Positions 29,501 through 37,030 of a stretch of DNA of 64,000 bases are shown piece by piece. Both the position numbers and the translations under genes were made by a program. The notes below the pieces were generated by a model. The model had not been told where the DNA came from, made no database searches, and saw only the letters and a program-made list of their open reading frames with translations. This DNA is from a virus (taxonomy: Duplodnaviria; Caudoviricetes), in IMG/VR virus record IMGVR_UViG_3300003465_000004, positions 7,170 to 71,169 of that record; one strand, 5' to 3'. Position 1 is the stretch's first letter. Every line of letters starts with the position of its first letter.

Positions 29501-30397
29501 GATATGGGATTGACAAACACGAACGTCATTCTACAGAATCCGGGCGCAGGATACCTTGCCGCGCAGAGTGCAGGAACCGTTGCAACCACGTCGAACTCTC
29601 CGACCATCACAGGAACGGGAACCAACTTCGTCACGGCTCTCGCTGCGGGCGACACATTGGTTGTTGGTGGAAACGTGGAAGTGCGAGTATCCAGTGTAAC
29701 AAACGCAACGTCACTTGAAGCTACCTCAAACGTGGGGGTCACTCGGTCTGCAAACAGCTACCACACCTACGGAACGTTGGGTGGAAATAACGCTGTGGTG
29801 CTCACCATCAGCGGCAACGGAACAGATGCCGCGGGATACGCTACTGTCGGGCGAAACGGAAAACTTTCCGGCGTAGTCTTTAGTGCAAACGGTGCAGGAT
29901 ATACGGGCAACGTGACGTTGACTGTTCCTGCATCTACCGTGGTATTGGATGCAAGTCTTCACGTGAACGCAGCACTTCAGTATAACAGTGAATTGATGCC
30001 GGCGGACGGAAACGGACTGACACGGTACATTACACGCGCCGTCACACTTGCGGACGGATTCGATGCACGCGATATCCGTGTTTACTTCGATGCCTACCGT
30101 CCAACCGGCACGAAGTTCTACGTGTATTACAAAGTTCTTCCGGGGGATTCGACAGGACGCTTTGAAGACCAGTCATGGCGCCTCATGACGCAGGAAACGC
30201 CAGACACCACAGTTTCTACGAACTACAAGCAGTTCAAGGAATTTGTGTTCAAAACACCAAACGACCGAGCACTTGACCAGAGCACGGACACGACTGATAG
30301 GTTTAAGGTCTTTGCCGTGAAACTGGTAATGGCAACACAGAACCCGGTAAACGCACCAAGAGTGGCAAACTTCCGGGCGATTGCTTTGGACACCTAA
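23579..30397 (+). CDS. Very large virion structural protein (VrlC-like, baseplate/tail)
   Basis: APYYDDY, HRILFRP...QSRELTQIQT.LQ, ARRTFDEAGDY, GKAYVRGYE, RFKNG..VDSF, DPLAETF; typical of T4-like cyanophage structural proteins. Confidence 0.85.
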   Translation: MALSNSAINTLRSAPYYDDYFSASETEPGKLRGEEFDFHRILFRPRFPVQSRELTQIQTLLQAQLERLGKASFKDGENVLGGQLTLDTTATSGQVTLSTNLVAFFARANNTGKYVFETGDETKKAYVLQYVSADEGETSNNYLVFKHQTGSTFLPGAVVQDATDATVTATFQSGTTADIFHDASVISIDEGIFFISGFFVRVRPQTIVLSAFSALPSFRVGLEINEEVLDEQDDIVGASLLDPTNNAPGAHRFRISLVLAKRPIETTGQGNFIELARIINGEVHYIKKTPKFVRLDELNQILARRTFDEAGDYIVKTFTPVIETNPNDESTFILSLGPGKAYVRGYEVETTQPTKKVVRKGRATNSANNRSIPTTVGNFVYATRVAATSPVNYFANTATVDILCANISSINVASSAEYNKAKIGTAKVRMLETFSVPSNPALFANNSVYKLFFYDTRFDVVTGNVSSAAVTNNAIELTLASANGVPAITGALVGATLVIGGAQSPISGTYTVNNYTASGTNAVVQLKEFLPTLPNANSTYRFLFQTKDVDAFALFDGAVGATQVPYKANLSFQAEVSEYSKLGGNPTGVTFVTATNDNVLLYQIPEQFVKANSITSNSAIFTSWLKTTSNSAAMSNVANVAVSVTLSGNNFALTTGNLSATTARQNFVIFDQTADANGHGQIIQFVDTPQSGVRCAANVSVSALGQTYTLSFTYYNGSQITSTRSFVALARTTVNGLAPREKTLVVGNTTAVLSGTTGALNAGQIEFHSLNVSSGFTYSLKTADVLSIRKILYKEANTSFANTDLTTATDVTSYFTLDTGQRDNSYEYSTITPKTNASSVVRPTGRLLVIFDWFRHSGRGYVSVDSYLTNQNVANGLSYDEIPDYKSARYARTVNLRSVLDFRPVRSNYDFTNVSLVYAANDTNANNTYLTSDGNSYLIPVSDDVWMGSYQYYLSRIDKIGVAFDGTFKIFEGQDAVVPVAPTDDSGSLLLFQLSIPPYTLVDDAGVPTQVTLKTFDHKRYTMRDLSKLDDRVSQLEYYTALNSLEQITSKQTILDADDNERFKNGILVDSFMGHTVADVSRPDFTASIDSMQHELRTAFRTFVMQFSPDNKYSTSYNVKLIGDMAIPVYGIDTFISQPLATRAISVNPFDVASFYGTLKMSPSVDIWKDVTQRPAQVIDIGGTSDSWIGSLPSFTNWGEWEQTWSGVTAVQPRTEYFAPEGWTPEVHDPLSMLENSWNEIETTTNYQRQGTQYEFTSTKVNQSIGNQILDISVVHHMRGRDVVFAADGLKPNANLYPFFDGTSVLPYVQKANILQLIDQPLTATPFYIGQTLYVRKAISGTVTVNSGSAVIAGTNTKFSFELVPGQLVRVTQGVNTFDASISTITSNTSATLTTNSPQNLAAATLYTLTPVTVADVARRITGNTVQYTVKVVRAIRDADTDDVVPYAILPGSLRPEKHVNDAANTTYGATVLIPPGPRAGNTTQSINVSSAIITSGVVRSYDGPSAALRLDNDMGALANGTTIYFVSGAGAGTSANVVSYNTATQTATVDTSQLAVNGTTIYSIGQPVSDGFIANNSITSGRAGTIAGCLHLPNAQFAVGTRLFRVSDSPTNNVQTATTSAEESYTASGVSYTQQAVSISSREIGLRTRQVTDNRSETTQTTAGFKQQYIDPLAETFLVDGKLYPQGIFLTSVDVCFASKPTDDIPVIVELRPVVNGYPSSNQILPAVSSEGLATVSLRPDEVNTTATPDLDDSTKRTRFEFPAPINLLPGEYAIVVRSDSNLYTVYTAELGATVIGSNAKVAKQPYAGSFFKSQNASTWTESPFEDLMFRLNRATWAASPASPNTAVLVARAVPPAANATFDSFEFYPHEVQFAEQTAISYALDMLPLNEATQDVTGSIAARYNVIPNAWTPLVARSMVQGGIVRNPFSGTGSLTAANTVDAMITFTTTSPDVAPYVDLKKLNILCVRHLINDMGLTNTNVILQNPGAGYLAAQSAGTVATTSNSPTITGTGTNFVTALAAGDTLVVGGNVEVRVSSVTNATSLEATSNVGVTRSANSYHTYGTLGGNNAVVLTISGNGTDAAGYATVGRNGKLSGVVFSANGAGYTGNVTLTVPASTVVLDASLHVNAALQYNSELMPADGNGLTRYITRAVTLADGFDARDIRVYFDAYRPTGTKFYVYYKVLPGDSTGRFEDQSWRLMTQETPDTTVSTNYKQFKEFVFKTPNDRALDQSTDTTDRFKVFAVKLVMATQNPVNAPRVANFRAIALDT

Positions 30398-30434
30398 ATA
30401 AGTGGAGATACGACGGATACTATATAGTATTACT

Positions 30435-30947
30435 ATGTCTGTCGTATTACAAGACCTCACGGGTAAGCAATTTGGAAAGTGGCACGTCGTATCTAAGAAT
30501 GTAAGGTCCCAACATGGATGGGACTGGCATTGTAAGTGTGTATGCGGTACTGAAAAGATTGTTCTAGGAAACCGGCTACGGTCGGGTAGGTCACAAAGTT
30601 GTGGCTGCGAAAGAACGAAGAAACTGAAAGAGGTAAATTCAAGCCGCAGTGGGAACAAACATCATATGTGGAAGGGCGGACGACATGTCACCAAGACCGG
30701 CTATGTGATATTGAATAGACCCGAACATCCAAACTCTAACCGTGGGCGCGTTGCTGAACATGTCGTCGTTATGACGAAAATTCTGGGTCGTCCACTATAC
30801 AAGGGCGAAACGGTCCACCATAAGAATGGTATTCGGTCAGACAACAGACCGGAGAATCTTGAACTCCATGCTTCGGCGCACGGCCGTGGACAACGTATCC
30901 CCGACCTTGTTGAATGGGCGAGAGAGATTTTAGCAAGGTACACATAA
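30435..30947 (+). CDS. HNH homing endonuclease (family A, copy 3)
   Basis: DLTGKQFGKW..CKCVCG..SQSCGC..WKGG..ETVHHKNGIRSDNRPENLEL; CTAAATA at 30394-30400. Confidence 0.88.
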   Translation: MSVVLQDLTGKQFGKWHVVSKNVRSQHGWDWHCKCVCGTEKIVLGNRLRSGRSQSCGCERTKKLKEVNSSRSGNKHHMWKGGRHVTKTGYVILNRPEHPNSNRGRVAEHVVVMTKILGRPLYKGETVHHKNGIRSDNRPENLELHASAHGRGQRIPDLVEWAREILARYT

Positions 30948-30951
30948 AAAC

Positions 30952-31197
30952 ATGGCGAAACAGCAAGTCGTTCAGACCGAAGATAAGGCTTTCGTTCGGG
31001 ACATCCATTCGAAGGCCTTGCTCAACACAGACACTCAAGCTTTGGAACGAAATCGTATGGCACGAGCAAAAACGCAAGAACACCAACGGTTGAAGCGTGA
31101 GGTAGAATGCTTACGTGTTGCTTATGAGAGCGTTGACGCGAAGTTGAATTTCATCATTTCAGAAATCGAAAAATCGAGCATTTGTATTAAACGGTAA
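30952..31197 (+). CDS. Conserved small T4-like structural-region protein
   Basis: FVRDIHSKALLNTD followed by a coiled coil, typical downstream of the VrlC-like gene. Confidence 0.75.
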   Translation: MAKQQVVQTEDKAFVRDIHSKALLNTDTQALERNRMARAKTQEHQRLKREVECLRVAYESVDAKLNFIISEIEKSSICIKR

Positions 31198-32465
31198 TGA
31201 TACTTGACCCCATTTCAACATCGAATACTCTTGTTGACCTTGTTACCCGAACACAAGAAATTATCGATGAACTGAATAATAATGTCGTTAAAGGTGGCAG
31301 CAACGGTGCAGTTGAATTTGCCAATACGGCCGCATTCGCAAACACAGCGGCGGCCGCTGATACTGCCAATACGGCCGCATTCGCAAACACAGCGGCGGCC
31401 GCTGATACTGCCAATAATGCACTCTACCTTGGTGGACAGCTTCCGGCATTCTATACCAACGCATCAAATCTTATATCGGGAACCGTGTCTCCTACACGTC
31501 TACCGTCTGCTGTGGCGTATGAAGATGAGGCGAACACCTTCGCTCAGCGTCAGCTTTATGGGGTTGCCAACGGTTCCAGTTGGTTTGTCGAGAACATCGC
31601 TTCGTATCAATGGGTGCCGGATAGGGGATATGGTGCCCTTTCCATCAATACAAACATTTCATATAACGAATACGTGATGACCGTGGTACATCTCAGAGGT
31701 TATCTTTATGAATCCAGAACACCTCTTGATGTAAAGATTGGATTTTATCCATACTTTAATGGGGCGACGCTTCAGTGGATTAACACCGGATATGTTGACC
31801 TCGGAGGTCGTCCATTTCGGGTGCGTTTGGCTCTTGAGGCGTCCACAGGTAAGGTCGTTATTCTACTAGGCGAGGTATCAGATACGCCGGGGAATTACTA
31901 CGGCAGTCTTACTTGTTCTGCATACCTACGCACCAACCAGACTACTGCCTTTACTGCATCTTACGGATGGTCAATTTCCCACCGTACCTCGTTGACGGGG
32001 TTGACGAATGTTAGTGATGTTCCACGAACTACATTTAATAATGGAGTATTTGAACGCGAACGAACACTAGCGCAAGGAGAGTGGACCTCATATACCCCCA
32101 CCTGGAGTTCTTCTGGAACACAACCCAGTCTCGGAAATGGAATTCTCACCGGACGTTATATGCGGATAGGCAAGACAGTTTTTTTTGGTATTGCCTTCAG
32201 CTTCGGGTCAACCAGCAGCGCAGGTACAGGCCTTTGGTTGTGGTCCTTGCCACTTACTGCATCACGCAGTGGTTTTGAAGCAATCCCTGCGCGAATTCTA
32301 GACGGGGGCGTTCAGTGGTATATAGGATTGGGCTATCTCAATAGCTCTACAACTGTTGCCGTTCTTAATCACGGAAATACTGGGTCTGGTATCGGGTTTA
32401 ACAATCCCTTCGTTTGGGCGTCCGGAGATGCGGTTTATATTCAAGGGTTCTATGAAGAAGCCTAA
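31197..32465 (+). CDS. Tail fibre/receptor-binding protein
   Basis: SNTL..L.T.T..II..LN N-terminus shared with 37031; YLGGQLPAFY..ASNL.SGTV...RLP fibre motif; WTSYTPTW..GNG..TGRY..IGKTV C-terminal domain. Confidence 0.75.
   Translation: MILDPISTSNTLVDLVTRTQEIIDELNNNVVKGGSNGAVEFANTAAFANTAAAADTANTAAFANTAAAADTANNALYLGGQLPAFYTNASNLISGTVSPTRLPSAVAYEDEANTFAQRQLYGVANGSSWFVENIASYQWVPDRGYGALSINTNISYNEYVMTVVHLRGYLYESRTPLDVKIGFYPYFNGATLQWINTGYVDLGGRPFRVRLALEASTGKVVILLGEVSDTPGNYYGSLTCSAYLRTNQTTAFTASYGWSISHRTSLTGLTNVSDVPRTTFNNGVFERERTLAQGEWTSYTPTWSSSGTQPSLGNGILTGRYMRIGKTVFFGIAFSFGSTSSAGTGLWLWSLPLTASRSGFEAIPARILDGGVQWYIGLGYLNSSTTVAVLNHGNTGSGIGFNNPFVWASGDAVYIQGFYEEA
31320..31409 (+). repeat. Perfect 2 x 45-bp tandem repeat (ANTAAFANTAAAADT) in the fibre gene
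   Basis: Direct reading of the DNA. Confidence 0.9.
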
Positions 32466-32500
32466 TTTATCTGCACAAATCTCAACCTAAATAACCGCAT

Positions 32501-33316
32501 ATGGCTAAAGCACCCGGAAGTCTTTGGGTGGACGGAAATACGCTCCACTACGTAGACAAATCTAACGCAGAATGGTATTTCACGGGCACCGTCGTCGCGA
32601 GCGCGGCCGGCTCAATCGCAGGCAGTCCGTGGATTGACAGCGGCAAACTGCGTTACATCGACACCGGAAATCGTCATCGCGAAATCAATGCTGTGCTGAT
32701 TGCTAGTCGCTCTGGTGCTATTCCCGGTTCTATCTGGATTGAGACAACTGCGAACAACAACTACTCCCTGCACATCATCAACAACGATGGTAGCACAAAC
32801 GAATATGCGCTCCACAGCGACGTAGCACTCGTCAATACGCACAGTGACGTAGCGAACACCCACAACGACCACACTGACCACACGGACGTGCATGAGGACG
32901 ACTGGCATGGAGACCAGTATATCTACAATTATCGTGACACCGGCGGCGGCAAGACATATACAGACGGTGGCCCGCACGCCGACCACACGGACCACAGCGA
33001 CCACACGGACGGTTATAACGACCACACGGACCATGCCGACCACGATGACTGGGTAAGCCACGCGGACGAACTGGTCTACGACGACCACAACGACCATTCA
33101 GATAATACGGTTCCGCACGCTGACGGAAATATTCACAGCGACGGTGGAAGTCCACACGGTGACGCACATACGGACTACTCGCACGATGACCGTCACGGAG
33201 ATGACCCGCCGCATCAGGACAGCGGAACGCCACATCAAGACGGGTATCTTGCAAACCATCAGGACTCGCACGGCGACACGCAACATGTGGACGACCCTGT
33301 ATACGTAGGACCATAA
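32501..33316 (+). CDS. His-x-Asp repeat protein; putative modified virion protein or RiPP-like precursor
   Basis: About 105-aa beta-rich N-terminal domain with GSLWVD/GSPWID/GSIWIE repeats, then about 28 H-x-D motifs; CTAAATA at 32487-32493. Confidence 0.8.
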   Translation: MAKAPGSLWVDGNTLHYVDKSNAEWYFTGTVVASAAGSIAGSPWIDSGKLRYIDTGNRHREINAVLIASRSGAIPGSIWIETTANNNYSLHIINNDGSTNEYALHSDVALVNTHSDVANTHNDHTDHTDVHEDDWHGDQYIYNYRDTGGGKTYTDGGPHADHTDHSDHTDGYNDHTDHADHDDWVSHADELVYDDHNDHSDNTVPHADGNIHSDGGSPHGDAHTDYSHDDRHGDDPPHQDSGTPHQDGYLANHQDSHGDTQHVDDPVYVGP

Positions 33317-33819
33317 TGTCAGAACCACGCAGCAATAATCACGTTCAGATAGAGTCGTTTGCCGCGTGGATTCTAGCTGCCCAAATTGCCGGAGGTTTCA
33401 CGACGGTCTCTGCGCCACCTCCGGAGAAACCTGCTACATCAGTGTTGCATCAATCTCAAGCTATCAATGCAGCGTTAAATCTTCTACGTCAAGTAAATTC
33501 ACCAGTCACCGCGCGCATCATCACGATTTCCAAGCGCCCGGAGTTTGTGTCTAAGAACGCTGAGGCCTATGCATTGGGAAAGGGGTTCATCTACATTCTG
33601 ACAGATACCCCACTATATAAGAATGCATCGCGGGGAGACGGCGAAGCCATTATCAAACTCGCTTCGGTCATCGCGCACGAACAGGTCCATGCCGATGGTG
33701 TTGCCGATGAGAAAGCAGCTTACGAGCAACAGCTAACTATTCTTAGACGCATGAACGCTCCGGAAAAACTTTGTCGGGATGTGATGTTTTCGCTCCATTC
33801 GGTTTCATCAAAACGGTAA
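33316..33819 (+). CDS. Putative zinc metallopeptidase (HExxH)
   Basis: VIAHEQVH..DE..AY; N-terminal ESFAAWILAAQIA segment. Confidence 0.55.
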   Translation: MSEPRSNNHVQIESFAAWILAAQIAGGFTTVSAPPPEKPATSVLHQSQAINAALNLLRQVNSPVTARIITISKRPEFVSKNAEAYALGKGFIYILTDTPLYKNASRGDGEAIIKLASVIAHEQVHADGVADEKAAYEQQLTILRRMNAPEKLCRDVMFSLHSVSSKR

Positions 33820-33829
33820 TTTATTCACT

Positions 33830-35119
33830 ATGTCAACTGAAATTCGTCCGGTAACTACGGACTGCAACATTCGTTGCGTGTATTGCTATCAAACAAGTTT
33901 GCGCGATGCGGACCCGACTCATCGTTACGATGAAGAAGCGGTCTTTGAGGCAGCAAAGAAACTAGACAACCCGTTCAGTTTGTTTGGGGGAGAGTCACTT
34001 ATTCTTCCACTCCCGAAGATTGAAAAGCTACTGGAACTCTGCTTCAGTCGGTGGAAATCGTCAGGCATCCAAACAAACGGAACACTCATCACTGAAGCAC
34101 ACATCGAAGCGTTCAAGAAATACAAAACGCATGTCGGCATTTCACTCGACGGACCGGATGAACTCAACGACAGTCGATGGGCAGGGACACGAGAAGCGAC
34201 AAAGAAACTAACCGCCCGAACGCACTGGGCAATCAAACGTCTGGCTGAGGAATCAAAAAAGAACAAGCTGGACTTCTTGATGCCAAGCATCATCGTTACA
34301 CTTCATGCTGGAAACGCATCAAAAGAGCGTTTTCCCCGATTAGTGCAATGGTTTCATGAACTAGACGACATGGGCATCCAGCACATGAATCTACACATCA
34401 TGGAACTCGATGGAATGGCAAAGGAACTTTATCTTCCACAAGAAGAACTTGCTGACCGTCTCATAGACTTATGGAACATGCAGCATGAATTCAAGAACTT
34501 GCGTTTCACTAAGTTTGACGAAATCTTGAGATTGTTGGAAGGTGACGACTGTAGCGTGGTCTGCATCTGGCGAGCATGCGACCCGCACAACACACAAGCA
34601 GTCAACGGCATCGAAAATGATGGCGCCCCGTCCGTCTGTTCCCGCGTGCATAAGGGAGCTATTAACTGGCTCCCTGCTGAAGGTTCAGGATACGACGCAA
34701 AGTTTATCGGCCACCCCGGCACGCGACTTCACACCCGTCAACTTGCGCTATATATCACGCCGCAAGAACACGGTGGCTGTCAAGGATGCCCGTTTTGGCT
34801 CGTGTGTTTAGGGAATTGCCCGGGTGAAGGGGAACACGGCGACTGGCGACTTCGCTCACACTACTGCTACACTTTCAAACGACTCTTCGATGAAGGTGCC
34901 AAGCGACTTCGACTGGTTGGAAAGAAACCAATCTGCGATTGGGAGCATCGCGGGCACTTGGAAGAGCAACTACAGAATCTTTTCCTCACCGGACATCCAC
35001 AAGCGACTCTAAATTTCGTTGTCAAAATGGATAAGGACGCCACCAAAAAGGGCATGACGCGCGTGAAAAACGGTTATCACGCCGATTCCGATTATCATGA
35101 GGATTCCGATGGAAAATAA
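33830..35119 (+). CDS. Radical SAM protein with SPASM-like auxiliary cluster motifs
   Basis: CNIRCVYC (CxxxCxxC), LFGGES, IQTNGT, VGISLDGP; C-terminal CIWRACD, C.GC.F..VCLGNCP; tail YHADSDYHED. Confidence 0.93.
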   Translation: MSTEIRPVTTDCNIRCVYCYQTSLRDADPTHRYDEEAVFEAAKKLDNPFSLFGGESLILPLPKIEKLLELCFSRWKSSGIQTNGTLITEAHIEAFKKYKTHVGISLDGPDELNDSRWAGTREATKKLTARTHWAIKRLAEESKKNKLDFLMPSIIVTLHAGNASKERFPRLVQWFHELDDMGIQHMNLHIMELDGMAKELYLPQEELADRLIDLWNMQHEFKNLRFTKFDEILRLLEGDDCSVVCIWRACDPHNTQAVNGIENDGAPSVCSRVHKGAINWLPAEGSGYDAKFIGHPGTRLHTRQLALYITPQEHGGCQGCPFWLVCLGNCPGEGEHGDWRLRSHYCYTFKRLFDEGAKRLRLVGKKPICDWEHRGHLEEQLQNLFLTGHPQATLNFVVKMDKDATKKGMTRVKNGYHADSDYHEDSDGK

Positions 35120-36446
35120 GACCCCCGTCATCCCCGTTGACTTTACTCGCTGGCAGTGGGCTGGACTTGTTGAGCGAAACTACTGGGCGCCAATTTTTCG
35201 TGAAGTCTCCACCGCGTTCCATGAACTTGAACGGCTCGCCGTCGTGAAAGGCCTCCGTAAAGCAGCATGGCAGTTCGTTGCGTTTGACAGTTTGGTAACT
35301 TCGACGGAATGGGCACACAAGCACGGACTGCTTCTAATCCCCACCAATCTTTCTGCGTCTACAACCGGATATGCGTCAACTGGCGCACAGCTATCGGGAC
35401 GACCAACAAGTGTCCGATGTGTCTATGTTCGCCCGGAACACTACACTGACGTTCTTCCGTTCACAGAAAACCAGAAAATTGGAGAATGGTTGGGATTCCC
35501 AAAGTGCTGCCGCGACAACTTCGACAACACATGGGCCGTTGGCTCCGTAGATACAACGTTCGAACAAGTGAAGACGGACAACTTCTTGTGGGAAACATCA
35601 ACACTATTTCGCTGGATGGGGGTGCGTCTTGTTGCACATCTACCTTGCCACTATGGTTGTGAAGAGTCACAACGAATCGGTCAACAGTTCTACGAACTCG
35701 GTCTAAAGTCCGGTTTCCTTGAGCAAATGATGTATGCGAAAGAAATTCTACACTGGCCGGTCTATGGCTCTCGTCTCATCGGCATCTCCGAACTCATTAC
35801 TCCGGCGCTGAAAATCATCTCACGCACGAACTGGACGCCGACGAAAGAAGAATTCACAATTTCAGGTATCTACAACCGTCCCACGAAATTCATCTGGAAA
35901 GATAACGGATTCAAATCATTTGAAGGAATGCGCCGAGCACATGCCGCGCTTATCGACCAACTAAAAGAGCAGCTTCCCCCAAATGCGCGGGTGCTCGACT
36001 TGGGATGCGGAGACGGACACTTACTGCGACGATTGCAGTTATATCGTCCAGATGTTCGTATTGCAGGAGTGGACCACAACGAAGACGCCATTATACGCGC
36101 CAAAAAACACATGGTGGGAACGTGGTGGGCAGGGAAGATTCAGGACGGGCAATGGAAGGATTGGGGAGCTACAGCAGCACTCATCAATCCTGCCCGTTTC
36201 CTTGAGATGTCGGAAGAGGAAGCAAAAAAGACGAAGCACCATCTGCGGCACGTTCCGATGCTTTTTGTCTATAACTATGACGACAAAGACATCAACACAC
36301 TCTCAGAAGAAGCAGGGCTACGTGTGGAACCCCTGTTCAAAGTTCCAAATATTACAATGGGAGTCCAACATACGCACGCCGACGCCGGAATGTGGGAAAA
36401 CTTTGTTCATGAGGATGGGAGCGCGGTGCAGCTAGGACATGTATAA
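35097..36446 (+). CDS. Cys-cluster domain fused to a class I SAM-dependent methyltransferase
   Basis: LGFPKCC and HLPCHYGC motifs; VLDLGCGDGHLL..IAGVDHN; alternative start at 35109. Confidence 0.78.
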   Translation: MRIPMENKTPVIPVDFTRWQWAGLVERNYWAPIFREVSTAFHELERLAVVKGLRKAAWQFVAFDSLVTSTEWAHKHGLLLIPTNLSASTTGYASTGAQLSGRPTSVRCVYVRPEHYTDVLPFTENQKIGEWLGFPKCCRDNFDNTWAVGSVDTTFEQVKTDNFLWETSTLFRWMGVRLVAHLPCHYGCEESQRIGQQFYELGLKSGFLEQMMYAKEILHWPVYGSRLIGISELITPALKIISRTNWTPTKEEFTISGIYNRPTKFIWKDNGFKSFEGMRRAHAALIDQLKEQLPPNARVLDLGCGDGHLLRRLQLYRPDVRIAGVDHNEDAIIRAKKHMVGTWWAGKIQDGQWKDWGATAALINPARFLEMSEEEAKKTKHHLRHVPMLFVYNYDDKDINTLSEEAGLRVEPLFKVPNITMGVQHTHADAGMWENFVHEDGSAVQLGHV

Positions 36447-37010
36447 ATGAACGACGAAAAACTTCAACTAGAATCATTCGCTGCTTGGGTACTGGCAGCA
36501 CAAATTGCAGTGGCCACCGGAACCGGCGTAAGCAATGCCGAGTCGCTGTCCGTCCGTCAAATTGCGGCTGAGATATCTCGGCACAACAAAGAGCATTTCG
36601 TCTTACTTGACAAAGATGGGAAAGTAGTTGCGGCTGGAAGTGGGGAACGGAACGGTATTGGTTTTAGTCGTGAAATACTCACACTACTCCGCAACCCGCA
36701 ATCTCAGCTTACGCTGGTACACAATCATCCCGAAGAAACATCTCTTAGTCGCAGAGACATTGATTTGTTCCAACAGTCTCCTGGTCTCACCAGTTTGAAT
36801 GCCGTAACGCCAAACCGCATCTACACTATTTCGTGGGCCCGGTCGGACGTATGGACGCAGTATAACCAACGATATAGCGAGCGGGAAGACCAGCTACGTC
36901 GAACCCTCAAGCCTGCGGATTTCAACGCAGCTATGCATAAGGTGGCGCATGAAGTGATGACCGAACTTCATAAAAAAGGAATCGTTAAGTATTCGGTGAC
37001 TCGGTACTAA
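36447..37010 (+). CDS. JAB/MPN-like metalloprotein
   Basis: EHFVLLD...LTLVHNHP..TSLSRRDI (HxH-x7-S-x2-D); N-terminal ESFAAWVLAAQIA segment. Confidence 0.62.
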   Translation: MNDEKLQLESFAAWVLAAQIAVATGTGVSNAESLSVRQIAAEISRHNKEHFVLLDKDGKVVAAGSGERNGIGFSREILTLLRNPQSQLTLVHNHPEETSLSRRDIDLFQQSPGLTSLNAVTPNRIYTISWARSDVWTQYNQRYSEREDQLRRTLKPADFNAAMHKVAHEVMTELHKKGIVKYSVTRY

Positions 37011-37030
37011 ACGTCCCTAAATACTCGCGT

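Noticed and set aside
32813-33316. CRISPR array or DNA-level tandem repeat (gaccacacggac-like units)
   Set aside because: The units are short, in frame, variable and lack unique spacers; they are explained by HxD codons.
31197-33316. Diversity-generating retroelement targeting the fibre
   Set aside because: No reverse transcriptase and no template/variable repeat pair differing at adenines were seen in this window.
32612-33335. Val-rich and Arg-rich minus-strand ORFs opposite the HxD gene
   Set aside because: These are antisense shadows of the repetitive CAC/GAC codons, with no SD or promoter.
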